From Rotaria socialis (Eukaryota), in contig CAJNYD010000017.1 in assembly GCA_905331295.1 (NCBI GenBank), positions 62,001 to 126,000 on the forward strand: DNA of 64,000 nt, read 5' to 3'. A model generated the notes under the pieces. That model worked only from the letters and a program-made list of their open reading frames with translations, ran no database searches and was not told the DNA's origin. Each line of letters begins with the position of its first letter. The first letter of the stretch is position 1. A program made the position numbers and the translations under genes. Shown in pieces: positions 12,391 to 26,400 of the stretch.

Positions 12391-15013
12391 TATATATCTA
12401 TATATATCTATATGTTTGTGTTTCTCTGATTTTTATCATCATCATGGGCTTGTATCCCTTTAATGTGTATGCGCACGTGCGCGTGTGTATATTTGTTTCT
12501 TGTGTTTTCCCACCTACTATTTTGGTTTGTTTTGTTTGGTTGTTGTTTCATTCATTCTCTTTCTCATTCATTCATGGTCTTCTCTTTTTTCTTTCTTTTT
12601 TTATGTCTGTTTGTTGGTGTGTATGTGTAGTCATTATCTAGTGTTTGTTGTTCGAACAGGTGAATATCGAGAAAACTGTATCTTGATGTTTTCTTTGTTA
12701 TTCGAATAACAATATAGATGATCATACACGAAAAAAAAGTAACTAAAAAAATTAGGAAAAAATTATTTCTGTGTTCGTCTGTTTTTTCTTTTTCTCTTTT
12801 GTGCGCGTGCGTAATATACACATTGATTGAACAAGATATTTCTTTCGTTGATGAGAGAAATAAAATGATGATAGTGAATAAAAAATAAGTCACACATCAT
12901 ACTTTTTCTATCTTTAATGATAGGCGACGACGAAAGGGAAAAATGGAAAAGTTTTTTTTTTCGTTTTCAAAACAATAAAAACATACGAAAAAATTAGATT
13001 ATTTTATATGAAAATATGAAGAAATCAACCTAGCAGATAGTTTGTCGGTTGAGCTGATATTTAACATTAAGAGATGTGTTAGTATCTTTTCTTGTTATAT
13101 CTCCGGAGTATATACACATTGAAATAGAAACTATCAAGGTGAAATAACAGAGTTTTGTGCGCATAGAGGTCAAACAGTTCATCAAATATCTTCAAGATCT
13201 CATCTGAAGAGAATACCCTTTTGTCAAGGTGTTAAAGTTCAAAAGAAAATAGTCATATGCCATAGGCATTAATGTAAGCAATCGAATCTACTTGAAAGTA
13301 TTTGATATTCTGACAAGGAAAAAAGAACATTCTTTTCATCTGTAACCTTCAACATATTCTATAGATCATTAAACTTATTTATCAGTATAATTTTACATGA
13401 AAATTCTGCTTCATAAAGTGATCATTATAAATTCAATTAAGATTATTCGAAATCAAATTGACCATCGTTAGTTATTCTGAATAAAATTTTTCTTTTAGAT
13501 ATTTCATCATTATATAGTAAAGACTATTATATTTTTAGTTTGTTCTGGATATGGTATAGAGCATACTATTTTTTTTTTGCTTCTGACAAATAACAGAGTA
13601 TAGAACTCGATCAGTTTTACTGTAAACTTTCTAGAAATTTGTTTATATATTTTTAATTATGGTTTTCTTCTTTTTTGTTTTGTAATTTCGTCCATAATAA
13701 GAAACAAGCTTTTTTTCAACAAATAATTATCATAAACAAATTCACAATCATTTGTTTACAATACTGAAATAAACTTATGTATTCCCCCCCCTGATATACG
13801 ATCGCCATCAATCCAATCTAAACAAATCGACCATAGATATTTTAGAAAATCAACCAGAAAAATAACTGGAGCAATATTACCATTGAATTATTCTAAACGT
13901 GAGTGTCGTTGTATAAAATACTTGTCATTGCATACATTGCGTGCTATCGTTATTGAGCAAGTTTCTGTGTCATCGTAATTCATTTATATTCTTCTTTATT
14001 CTATTCTCCATAGAGAATACTAGTTAGTAGACATATAATTATATATTCATTGAAGCGAAAAGGTCTTTTATAAATGACTTGAAACAAAAGTTACTGATTG
14101 ACAATTGTATTACATTTGATTTGTCCATTATATTAGCTTCTAGACATGTATACACTAGCGATTATAACAGATCTTATAACTAACGTATGTATTTATGGAT
14201 ATTGTATGACGAAAAAACTGCGTATTTTATCATTGAAGTGAGAAGATATTCATTTTTTTTGGTCTATAAACCCAAATGAAATTATTTTTCAAATATTTTC
14301 TCGGTAAAAAAGAATGTCATATTAGATACAACGAAATCCATCCATTCATTTTCTTTTTGCGTGAACATACTATTGGCTTTGACGAAAATCATCATTCCTG
14401 TTTCTAGTCTATAAAGAAACAAATCTTTGGCATTGAATGTCTATATTTGGATTAGATAAAAACATAAAGCAAACAGCATTAAATTTCGATAAGAATCGCT
14501 AGTCTATATGTTGAAATATTAGAAAACCAAGACCATCAAGTAAATATGTGATGAATTTCGACATCCACTACCAAAGGAATTCTTAGTAAAGCAGAAAGAC
14601 TTTTAAGCTCGCACAAGTAATTTAAAGCAAATATTCTAATGCACTTTAGAATGAAAGTCATGTATGCCATTGAAAAATAAATGTTGAATAACGTATTTCA
14701 TGAGTACAAAAGATTTTGCCTTTCCATTCGCGTAAAAAAGTACCTTAAGAATTGTCAATCTATAAAAGTAGTAGATACGCGATGGTATGCTTGCTTGATT
14801 AGTTATCTAGAATAATACAAGCACTTTCAAACAGTAGAACGAAAGTATGTACTTACATTCGGATAGTATTTGATGAGACGTAGTAGAAATAGAGACAAGT
14901 GAAGAACAGAAGTAAATTCGTTGGCGAGTATGACAACTCTTATAACTGAGAAAAAATGAGAAAAATAATAGCAATCTACTTGAAGTTTTTAGAACATGCC
15001 GACGAGTGTTTAC

Positions 15014-15016
<3 letters not shown>

Positions 15017-15060
<44 letters not shown>
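15017..15060. repeat. Compound (AT)n(GT)n microsatellite
   Basis: Directly visible. Confidence 0.95.
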
Positions 15061-15686
15061 AAAACAATATCTAAGCGTAGCTACAGAAACAATTAAAGTG
15101 CTCATCTTATTAATTCAATAAAAATAGTGTGCTGCCACTATTTCTTCTGTTGCGCATTCATTTTCGAATGGTACGCGGAATATCCATTGTTGCCATGGAT
15201 GTAGAAAAAAAAACAATGCTTTGCATTTGTTATCTATTCTATAGCTTGTGTTTGTTCAAGCACAAAGATGAATAAACATAAAGTTATTCATATCTCATAA
15301 TATTATGCTAGAGTCAGTATTCATCGAAAAGATAACAAATGCAATTCTGACAGAAACCGGTCGTATTCTTGAATGGCCATATCGAATTCTTTTTGCTGCA
15401 AATTGTGCCCTTCGATATTTTCTAAATTGACATATACAGTTCATGTTCGCATATGTTTTTAATGTTTTCTTACAAAAAAAAACGCTCACACATAGAAAGT
15501 AATGAAAACTAGAGTTAGACGCTTTTCCTTAACTATAACATATGGCGAAATTGTTCAACGCACTTTCATATAAGAGAAGAAACGGTACATCGAGAGAAAA
15601 AAAACAAAGAAAAAGCGAGAATATCGTATGTATAATGTGTGTGCGTGAGAAAGAAAAACCAAATTAAAAAAGTTTTGTATCGACGT

Positions 15687-16232
15687 TCATGAAACATATG
15701 AAAAGGCAACGGTTGGTGTGTTATTTTTTTCTTGTTGTTGACCGAAATGAAAAAGTCGATGTTGTTGCCGTTTAGATTGATCTTTATGAACACTATCGTG
15801 AGTGTATCTTACAAATGTATCATATTGTTCTGTAAGTTTAGTTGATAGAAGTTGTTCATACTGTTCGCGAATAGATCGATCTTGTTCACGTAAAAGGCGT
15901 GCACACATTTGAGCAGTTTGTGTATACGTAAACATTGGAATATCATCAGTGGTCGATGATGATGATGTTAAAGCTGTAAGCGAACAAGGCTTTTTAAATA
16001 CTAAAGATTGATTTTTATTGGGTGATGAGGTAAATATAGATTGTTGTTGTTGTTGTTGTTGCTGCTTTGATGGAGATAATGGGTTAGTATTCATCGGAAA
16101 TGTTGTTGTGGTTGATGAAGATGACGATGGCGATGATGGTGGTGATAATTTCATTTCAGCTCGCTTTCGTTTAACACCTTGTTCAACTGGATCGAATTCT
16201 AATGAACGCTTGAGTGATGCGACTGCCAACAT
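15687..16232 (-). CDS. AKIRIN: Akirin
   Basis: Intronless. N-terminal LKRSLEFDP...KRKR (NLS), central PMFT..Q...MCARLLREQDRSIREQYEQLLSTKLTEQYDTFVRYTHD, and C-terminal SYVS are akirin hallmarks. Confidence 0.93.
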   Translation of the reverse strand: MLAVASLKRSLEFDPVEQGVKRKRAEMKLSPPSSPSSSSSTTTTFPMNTNPLSPSKQQQQQQQQSIFTSSPNKNQSLVFKKPCSLTALTSSSSTTDDIPMFTYTQTAQMCARLLREQDRSIREQYEQLLSTKLTEQYDTFVRYTHDSVHKDQSKRQQHRLFHFGQQQEKNNTPTVAFSYVS

Positions 16233-19200
16233 GACTGTGCTAATCAAGAGGGAGCTTGAATATATATATATATAATGGGAAAGCAAGGATAAGATCCTAA
16301 AATAGATGAAAAAAAAACGAATAGTGTTGTGTTTTTGTTTTATGGGAAATAAATAACAATATGATTTATTCGTGAGAATGGTTGTATGAGAAACAAAAAT
16401 GGCTGTGCATTAGCTTATTTCTTTTCTGGAGGGAGGGAGGGGGTATATACACTTGTGTCTTTGTCTCATCTTCACTAACCAATCATATGATTGAATTATT
16501 GAACGAGAAAGAGAAATATATGAAATGCGATATTCATTTACTTTTACTTTTTTCATGTTATAAAACGATAATTTAAGAGATCTTTAAGACTTGATTATTA
16601 TTTTGTCATCGTTTTCAAAAAGACGAGATGGCGCTTTGCCTACAATAATTTTCATTGGTTGTTATTATTACAATTTCGAATTCATCTGCCAAGATTTTTT
16701 ATTGAAACTCGCAAATTTATTTGTATACTTTGGATTTGGAAACATTATTAATGTAGTATAAAAAAATGATTAAGCTTCGTGTATAGTTCTTAAAATTTCT
16801 ACGTCTTGGATATAATTTATATCGTCTATCCAGATTCTTCCCTAGTATTAAACTACAAACCGAGTATGAAAATAATTTTGAGACACTAATATGAATCAAA
16901 GTTAGTTGGATATCACTTAAAAAGAGCAAAGGTCAATAACTGAGATGAATTTCTATCGTTTTTGAACACTGTCAAGCCAAAAACTGATTAGGTGACGCTC
17001 GGTAGAGCTGAAATAGTGCATCGACAGAAAAAAGTTATGTATATTTCGTGAATATAAAAAGGCAGAGTTTTTTTTACAAATTTTATGTTTGATTTCGATT
17101 AGATATGCTTCGGTTGCTTTTTTTTTGATAATAAAATACATCGAAAGTATCCTTTTTATGCATAAAACACTGATTATATTTGATTATAAAAAAAAGACTT
17201 TAAATATATAAAGTATAGAAAAATTTTCATGACATTTGTTCTTACATTTATGAGTGAATTACAGCTTTATGGTAGTATAATATTCTCTGATGATATAACG
17301 TCAATATTTCGAGTTATTCTGAATCAATCTTTATGATTTTATTTTCAGATCAAGTTGTTTTAATAAGGCCTCATTACTACGTACAAACCAAAAGCAACAT
17401 AATTTTATTCTTGATAAATACTAACATACTGAATAGGTAAGATCTAAAAATAAATTTTGAATATAAGAATGGTTGCTATTGTTGTCATTCACATGTCGGA
17501 AATAAATCGAGTTGCCTTAGGCAGTTTGAAAATATACTAATGATTTATAGTTCCATCATCAGACATTATAGTTACTTTTCTCTGTTCAATCAAATGAAGT
17601 TATAATAAATTCGTAGATTAAAAAGTCACTATAAAACTGATCAGACTGGAAATCAATGAAAGGTAACAGACAAGAAATAAACCGATCAGATCGTGGACGA
17701 AGTTTCATGATCGTAAAACGATTATCATTTGTCTAGATTTTCCGATTGTTTTTTGATAGATTTTTGAAAAATAATCGTATTCAAAAATTGCTTTGATACA
17801 TATTAAGGTATTTTTATAGTTTTTAAATGGTTCTCATGGATTTCGACCATAGTAATAGTGTCTATCAAGGCTGTTTCTTATCTTTTTCGTATCACATTCC
17901 TCAGTAAAATAACCTTTTTCTTCAGTATTTCGAATTAGTACGATAGTTTTGTAATTCACTCGTCTGATACCATCTCGCATAGTTTATTCTGAGCAAAATA
18001 ATTGAAGTCTATGCATTTTGATGATTGTTGGTAACGGTTTAGTTTTTGATTAAATTTCATAGAGAAATCAGTCTATTGACTTCCACTTCTTTGAAACCAT
18101 AATCATTCAGGTGAAGAATTTTAGCGATTGTCAAAAAGATTTCCTCAGATATATTGAAACTCATTACATTACAATTATGTACATGCCGCTTTTTTTCTTT
18201 TTGTTTCTAGTAGTGATATTAAGACAACCACGGAAAAGATGTAACAATAGCTAATCATATCTGTGTGTGTGCATTGTTCTAGGTTAAAGAATATCCTTTT
18301 AAATTAATTACATATGCAGTTGGTAGGATGTTGAATTTACATAAAAGTACATTGATGAGTTCATTTTACTAAAATCTATTTGACATATTCAATAATAAGA
18401 GAATTTGAATAGGATAGAGAGAAAAATGGATACTGTATAGGATTCAGTAGTATATTTTCAGGTGTTAATACTGCAAATGAAATTGAACATATTCTGCTGA
18501 ATATGAAGTATCCAGTAAATCACATACGCGTTTACTAGTGATGAAAGGTAATAACAGGAAAAAAAAGATCGTTTTATTTGATTACGAATGAAAATGAACG
18601 AAGGTCTTTGTAAATTAATTGACGACAGAAATATCTATACGTGGACTCTCTGCGAGATTGATAAAGCTAAAACAACATCGTTTCATTGAACTTTGGAATC
18701 TGAGTCAGAATTTATTACTGAGGTCTTTTTTTTGTCTACATTAAACTGTACATTAAATATTGGCGTGACACTGCCTATACACGTATTACATAGGTTGTAA
18801 AATATGAAGTAAGTTTCAGCGGACAAGGATGTTCTGTTTTGAGAGTATAGAATTTGAAAAGAAACGTAGAATCCTTTGTTACGAGTATCAGATACATAAT
18901 AGTCTAGATGAAAATTCGATATTTCGATGAGAAAAAAAACAACATATATCGCCTGAAATTTTTCAGAGATTTTATGAATCATTAAACGTAACTATTATTG
19001 ACATTTCACACTGAAATTCGATTTGTTTTTGTATATATATATCTATATATATATCACAATAGGTCAAAGTTTCAGTGAAACAATGATGATTTCGGTTGAA
19101 AAGTTCATCTCAATCAATTAATTTAGCGTTTGCTAGTCTAATCAATATGAGTTCAGGTATCCGATATATATTGGAATATTTCTTGTGATGAGTATACGTA

Positions 19201-20485
19201 AAACTACAGACATTATAGATCGATCAATGATTATTTGATAGATTCGAAAAATAATGATAAATAAAAATAAGGAAATTTGTCAATTTTAACATCTTTTTCC
19301 AAGTTTTGATATCTTGAACTACGTACATTTGATAACAATTTATTCTGATGATGATAAATTATATGCAACTATTATTACTGAAATGAATTCTACACTCAAT
19401 CAATACATTTATCAGTTCTGTTAGCATTTTCATTTTTCTCTTTTGTTTTCGCATCAAGACTTTTTCTTGTTTCCTTTTGAATAAATATCTTATGTCAATA
19501 GTGGGAGAACTTTTTTTTCGACAGTAAAAAAATATTACTGATAAAGCTAGAAAGAAAAAAAAATAGCCAAGTTACTTGATTGTTTTTGTTATTTCATCGT
19601 TACTTTGTAACATGTGATTTTAGTAAAATGTTGATTTTTGGTAACATTCTCTACATTGAATATGTGTAAATTTCAATTAGAACAGCAGAAGCAGACGTTT
19701 ACTTATCAGTTAACATTTTACTTCGATCTTTAGTCTATGATGACACGTGACATATTCTATTGAAAGATTGAGTCTATTTTAAATAGCGAATATCTTGATC
19801 TTACGCTTGAGAATCTTTATGAAAGTTATCTACTAAATGAATAGTTTTATTTCCTGAAATAACGCCATCTATATCATATCTGATTGTCATTCGATCGTGT
19901 TTCATGTCCATTAAAAAATAGTGTTTCTTTTCTTCTTCCTTTTATCATTCTTTTTTTGCATACATGCCCTCATTTGTAAATGATCATCATCTGATTGCAA
20001 TCCCGCGAATAATATACAAAAAATCAGATGATCTTTAATTGTCTCTGTCTATTTGTTCTCTTCTCGCAAAAGTCTTTAGCAAAAGATAAAAGAAAGCTTT
20101 CGTTTTTGCGTTCTAATCTTGTTCTCATATACTAAGTCATTTGATTCTCAAGACAAAAATAACACCTGGCACATTGATTTAAGTGTTTTTTTCCTCTTAG
20201 CTTGTTTACACCTGTCAGCTTTTTATTGTACAAAAGTGCAATAATATGGGTTTGGTTCGATATTGGAGTTCTACAGGCAAAATATAAAAATATTGAGTTT
20301 GAATATTTGCAAAAGTAAATAAATACACTGACATCATAAGTAAGTAAATATAAGAAGAAAAAAAGGTTTTATTTACTTAAAAAACGACTCGCCAAGTTCG
20401 TGAACTTGGTTTTTTTCTCTTCATATTGACATTTTTATAGATTTCTCTTTAATTGTTTTCTCTTTCATTTATTTCAAATACAGCG

Positions 20486-23400
20486 ATGACATCATCAGAT
20501 TGTCTATCGTCAAATAATCGGGATCCTCGTTTATCAGCGATACCACGTTTGAATCTACCTGTATCATCTTGTCTAAATGTACAAAATCAATTACACAAAT
20601 CTGCATCCCTTACAACTACTCCAACATCAACATCACCATCACCAAATCAATTTCATACACCAACATTCGTGATTTCACCTCGTTTTCCTCCATCAAATAT
20701 GGCTGGTTTTCCAAGACCTCCTTTATTACCTTTGCCACCATCAGCACCACTTCTATTAAGGAAAAATATTGAATTTAAACCTGCAGAACAAGAAATACTT
20801 GATAACAATTTTTTTAGTACGTTTAACATGAAACAAAATGAACCCAAAAGTCAAAATTCAGAAAATACAATAAATAATAGTAGGCTTTATTTTTTATTTT
20901 CATAAGTAAACTAGTTCTTCATATTATTTTAGTAAAAGGTTCTACATATAATCAAGCAAATAGTGGAGAGCCCAATTTAATTGATATGGGTTTAGATCCT
21001 GCATCACCTTCGTTATTATCTGCTAATGTTTTTGAATTATTTGATCCATTCAAACAAATCGATCGACCTCATTCATGGCCATCGAAATTAAATGAAGCTG
21101 GTACGACAACTACGATTACACCCCCTTTTGTTACACCAAGTAGCGAAATTCCAACACTATCGCCATCAAAACTACCCATAGTAACATCAACAACACCGCT
21201 TTCATATCCATATCCAATTAAATTACGTTTAAAATTAACAATATTTCCTGAAATAAAACCATTCAGTCAACTTGTTCAACGTATTCGTAATGAAAGTCAA
21301 ACAAATCAGGTATAGATATCGTTCTGAATCATTGCATGCATTTAACATTTGATATTTTATCTACTTTAACTACCCTTCAACAATACTCAGAAATATGCTG
21401 TCATTATACAAATGAATGACAATAATCATATCGGCCATAATTAATCATAAATATAATTCATGACCTTGTTTTGTTTATGATTCAAGAGAAATGTAATTTT
21501 TCTTCTAAAAAGAACATTCGGCCTTGAGTGCTACTTTGCCGATTTTTATGAGTCACGATCGAAATAATAGAGCTGGACAAGTACGCATAGAGATTCATAT
21601 TCGAGTACGATTTTTGTTATATTTGCACTCGACTAGATCGAAATAAGTACTATTAGTCCAACAGGTTGTTTTGTTTACATTGAAGGTGAAAGATTTAATA
21701 CTTACACTTTAGAGAAGCCATACTTTTCCGTATCCGGATAATAAACACTAAAGTCATCCGAAATTAACCAACCAATTATTATTACCTAGATTTATTTTGA
21801 AAATTCTACTGTATTATGTTGAATTTCTATTGAGATACGATAGAAAAAACAACCGAAAGCATCTATTATAAGACGTTTGATCAATATTGACTAAGATAAC
21901 AGCTAATCATTATTTTTGAATAAAAATAATCTAATATTAATTTAAATAGTATTCTTATTTCGAGATTTCTGAATGAATGACAAACATCATGCACCAGATA
22001 CGTGTTATTTTAGAACAAAATGAGAGTCAATAAGAAAACAAAATCTGAAATGAAAGATTTAAATTATAAATAATTTGTTTTCTTTTTATTAGACATCAAC
22101 TGATGAAATATTTTATTGTAAACGTGTTCAACGTTTAACTCCACAACATATAGAACAAAAACAGCTGCCCGTCACGTTATATATCTTTGTTGATGGTGCA
22201 AAAGAACCTATATGTTTAAGAAAAATAAGTTTGCAATCAACAGTAGCACATATTTTATATCAATTACTTGAAATAACACCATTTGATTATGATCAATCAG
22301 TACTTAAATTACGTTCTCGTGAAGAATATTTACGTAACGAAGATGTTCTATGCGATATTGAATATGTTTATAATTGTCTTAATTCATTAAAAGAATTACA
22401 ATTTGTGCTTGTACAAAAGCCAACTTATGGATTTCAGAGACAACAAAATTCAAATGACTTTAGTTTTGAACAATTTTGTTTAGACCAACAAGAAAAAACA
22501 CATTATACATTAACATCATCATTGGACAGATCTAATGGAATGCCAACAGACAAAAAGCATCGGTATGTTTCTCAAACATCTATCAATACATATACATTCA
22601 TGTTAGTTGAACTCAAGGAGAAGACGCCGGAAACATTTAGTTTTTCAGTTAACAATTAGATTAACTGTATTTTGATTAATTCATTTGCAACCATATAAAT
22701 ATGACTTCACTAAATTAAATAATCAAAATACGAATTAAGTTCTACCATCGACTATTTAATTCCTAGGTTATTTTCAAAGAAACTTTCACTTTTAAGTCGC
22801 TCTGCATAAAAAAAAACAACTTTGTGCTCATTTCCAAAATGAGATACAATCAGATTTCTAATTAATCCATGTCATACTTTAGATCATTGAACAAATCAGC
22901 TACACTTCGTTCGACAAAATCATTAAATGCAAACAAACAAGCAACATATTCTCATCAAGCTCATATAGCACATTCATCCAATGCTCCATTTCTTGCGTCA
23001 GATCCTCGATGGTTAGAGGAATTTCAAAAAGATATGAATTTAATACTTGTACAAGTCGAACAACGTTTTAATCGTCTTGTTTCATTTCATCAGCCGGTAT
23101 TATCAATAAGTGAACAAATTAAAATCATAACTGAATTAATAAGTTTTATAAAAAATACTCAAGTTACATGTTCATCTATACAATCTTCTTTAATCAGTGA
23201 TAAACAACGTGAATTGAAACAGTTTGCTGATCACTTAATAAGAAAATCGCACAATGAACGTCTAGAACAAATATCAATTGAAATGCATGAAAAATTAACA
23301 CGATTACTTTATGATTCACTCATTATAATTATTGGTTATGTACAAACTTATTGTCATGCATATTTGATACCTTATGAAGTTGAGCTTTACAATGATCAAA

Positions 23401-26400
23401 ATATATCCATTGATGTAGAACAATTGAAATATGAAGTATGCATACATATCCTATTTTTAACATTGAAAACAAAATGATAAAATAGCGGCTAAAAATTAGT
23501 TAATATTTTAATGCGAAGTCAAGGATGCTTTCCTAATCAATAATAGATAGTCAAATTGAAGGAGAAGACTATTTAATAAGAAAAATTGAGAATAAATTTC
23601 TTATAATACATAGCAAAATGTTTATAGTAAATTCATAAAATTGATAATGTCAAAAATGCTTTATCCATAATTAGGATGTGTGTTTAACAGTAGTCATTGA
23701 TATTGACGCACTTATTACATAAAGAAGACATTTATGATTTAACGAGAGAACATTCCCAGATCCCACTTAACTTCTGCACTAGCATTTAATACATTGCTTG
23801 CAGCGGTATCTAACATCAAAATTATTAATTTTCTATTTGAATTAAACGAAGGAGAATTCAATAATAACTATTCGCTATTTTTTTGCAGCCAATAAAACAA
23901 ACTCAAATGCCGCGTTCAATCAATGAATCACCTGATACATTTCAAGTTTATATCGATACTCTATTTTCTTTACCATCCATATCGAATATAAAATCAGTTC
24001 GTATTATTGCTCGTCTGTGTTACGGAAATCAAACTAAAGCACTACAGATGACTCGATCAATGTCATTCGTACGTAATAATTATCATTCTGAACATGTTGC
24101 ACTTAAACCTCAGATTCGTTTTGATCAATGGCTCTCGTTTGATGATGCACGTCTTTGTGAATTACAACGTGAAGTACTTATTTTATTTGAAATCTATGCA
24201 AGTTACCTTGATGAGACTGATTCATCATCGCCACATGAAATTTTCGATGGAACTCCAATGCATCTTATTGGCTGGTGTTCACAAGCAATATTTAATGATG
24301 AACATTATCTTATAACCGGCGAACGATTTTTAGGAATATTTGATTCAACAACAACCAATCGTACGGGCTTTTATTCATTAAGAAATGTTTTTGATCGTAA
24401 CTGTCCAATATTAAGTGTGTCATTTCTTGAGCAATCATTTGTTTGGCCGGATGTTCAACCTAGAGATGATAAACATCCAGGAAATTTCACTGAAATAAGC
24501 CGCGAAAAACAAGAAAACTTATCTCGACTACTTAAACGGCCAAATTTATTATTAGTAGATCATAGTGCTATGACAACAAATGATAATCGAAAACAACAAT
24601 TCTCATTAAATATCTCTGATGAAGGTATGAAAAGAAGATTTTCCTTGTCCGAACAGTAACGAGTGAAAGAACTATTGTTTAATAGAATGTTGTAGTTTAT
24701 TACATTTAGTTGAACAACATCACAAATTCTTAGAAATGAAAAAGTTTCGACTGTTTTCGATTCAGAAAGAGATTTCATAACTATAGTTAAACCAACTTCT
24801 ATAGTAAAAATGATTGTAGTCTGGTGAATAGCTGATTCATCTCACAAAACTTAATTCAAACAATTGGAAATGCACAAGATATAAAGCACAAAGTTATTAC
24901 AAAGCTGTTACATAATATTCATATAACCAATTTTGAGATTTTACTACTCTGTGGACATTTTGTATTTTATCAGTCGATAGAATAAAAACTCCTTTTTTTA
25001 CTAGTACTAAATAATAGTTAGCATTACGATTACTTGACAACTAAACAATCTATCGATTCAGAATACCTATTCTGAGTTCTTCTATTTATTGTAGTTGGTC
25101 GTGATCTCTTTTTTACGAAGCATTATCATTCAGAATATTTGGTCTACTATAAAACTATTATGGTAAATAGTTGTTGATGACAGCTATGAATAATTAGACT
25201 ATGTGTCTTTCTTACTAAAATCTTGTACTACAATATTTAATTCTCTAGATAAACGAATCAAAAATAAAACTCAGATTTATTTTGTTTATCATAGTCTAAT
25301 ATTTATTTTCCATGAGAACTTAATTAAAAATTTTGTTTAGAACGTGAATTTTCCGAAGAAGAGTGCCATTTTCTTTGGTCTCATCGCCATTTTATTATTC
25401 ATAAATCGTATGCTCTACCAAAATTACTTAAATCTCGTTCGGTTTGGGATTATCCAAGTCTAATTGATATCTATGCACTTCTCAATGAAGTAACTCGTGA
25501 TCGTACAATAGATGAAATTGAATCATTTGAACTATTACTACCTGCTTTTCCTGATATGCATGTACGTTCATTTGCATACAGCTCGTTAATATCACGCTTA
25601 ACATCTCAAGATCTTCTAATTTATTTGCCACAACTATTACAAATAATAAAATTTGATTATTCACATTCATCAACAATTATTGAATATTTACTTCAACAAG
25701 CAATAATTAATTATCGTTTAGCACATAAATTATATTGGCATTTAAGACAACTCCTGATTACAGAACATTTACATTACATACGTTATTATTATTTATTTTT
25801 ATCTTTACTTTATGTATTAGAAGAAAATTTTCGTGTAGAATTACAAAATGAATATGATCTTTGTTTAAATTTAAAACGTATTGGTGTAAAATTAAAATCA
25901 AATAAATCAAGTAATAAAGGATCTCTTCTTGTTGAACAATTAAATAGTTTGAACAAGGATTTTTTTCGTGCTGGCAAATTAACATGTCGTCTGCCATGTC
26001 AATCTAATTTTATGACAAATAGTCTTGATATAAATTCCTGTTCTTTTTTCAATTCATTAACTCTACCAATCAAACTTGTCTTTAATCCAATTGATTCATC
26101 ATGTGAAAAATATTATGCAATTTATAAAATTGGAGATGATTTAAGAGTAAGTCTAAATTGGAAAAACAAAAGACTTATCTTGTGAAACACCAGCTAAACA
26201 AAAGTATTGTAGTGTAGGAGTGAAAATTTGAATTTCTATAAACTGTGACTAAAGTTAGGTAAACACTATCATAAATGAACTAAATAATATATTTGTCTTG
26301 ATTGTGGCACTAAATGCATACAGGAAAATTTCTGTATAATATATGAATTGTTTTGTTATGGAGTTGCTCGTGAACTCTCCAAAAAGGCTGCAACTGGCTC

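Noticed and set aside
12387..12893. Hydrophobic ORFs after EPC
   Set aside because: T-rich 3' UTR sequence giving spurious F/L/V/C-rich translations.
14560..15010. Possible hAT transposase relic (IKVVDTRW at ~14762-14785, LKFLEH near 14980)
   Set aside because: Only short motif resemblance in a stop-ridden region. Needs a translated HMM search to support.
16400..20400. Hidden gene between Akirin and PI3K (e.g. ORF 18683..18982)
   Set aside because: No recognisable motifs or coherent exon chain found.
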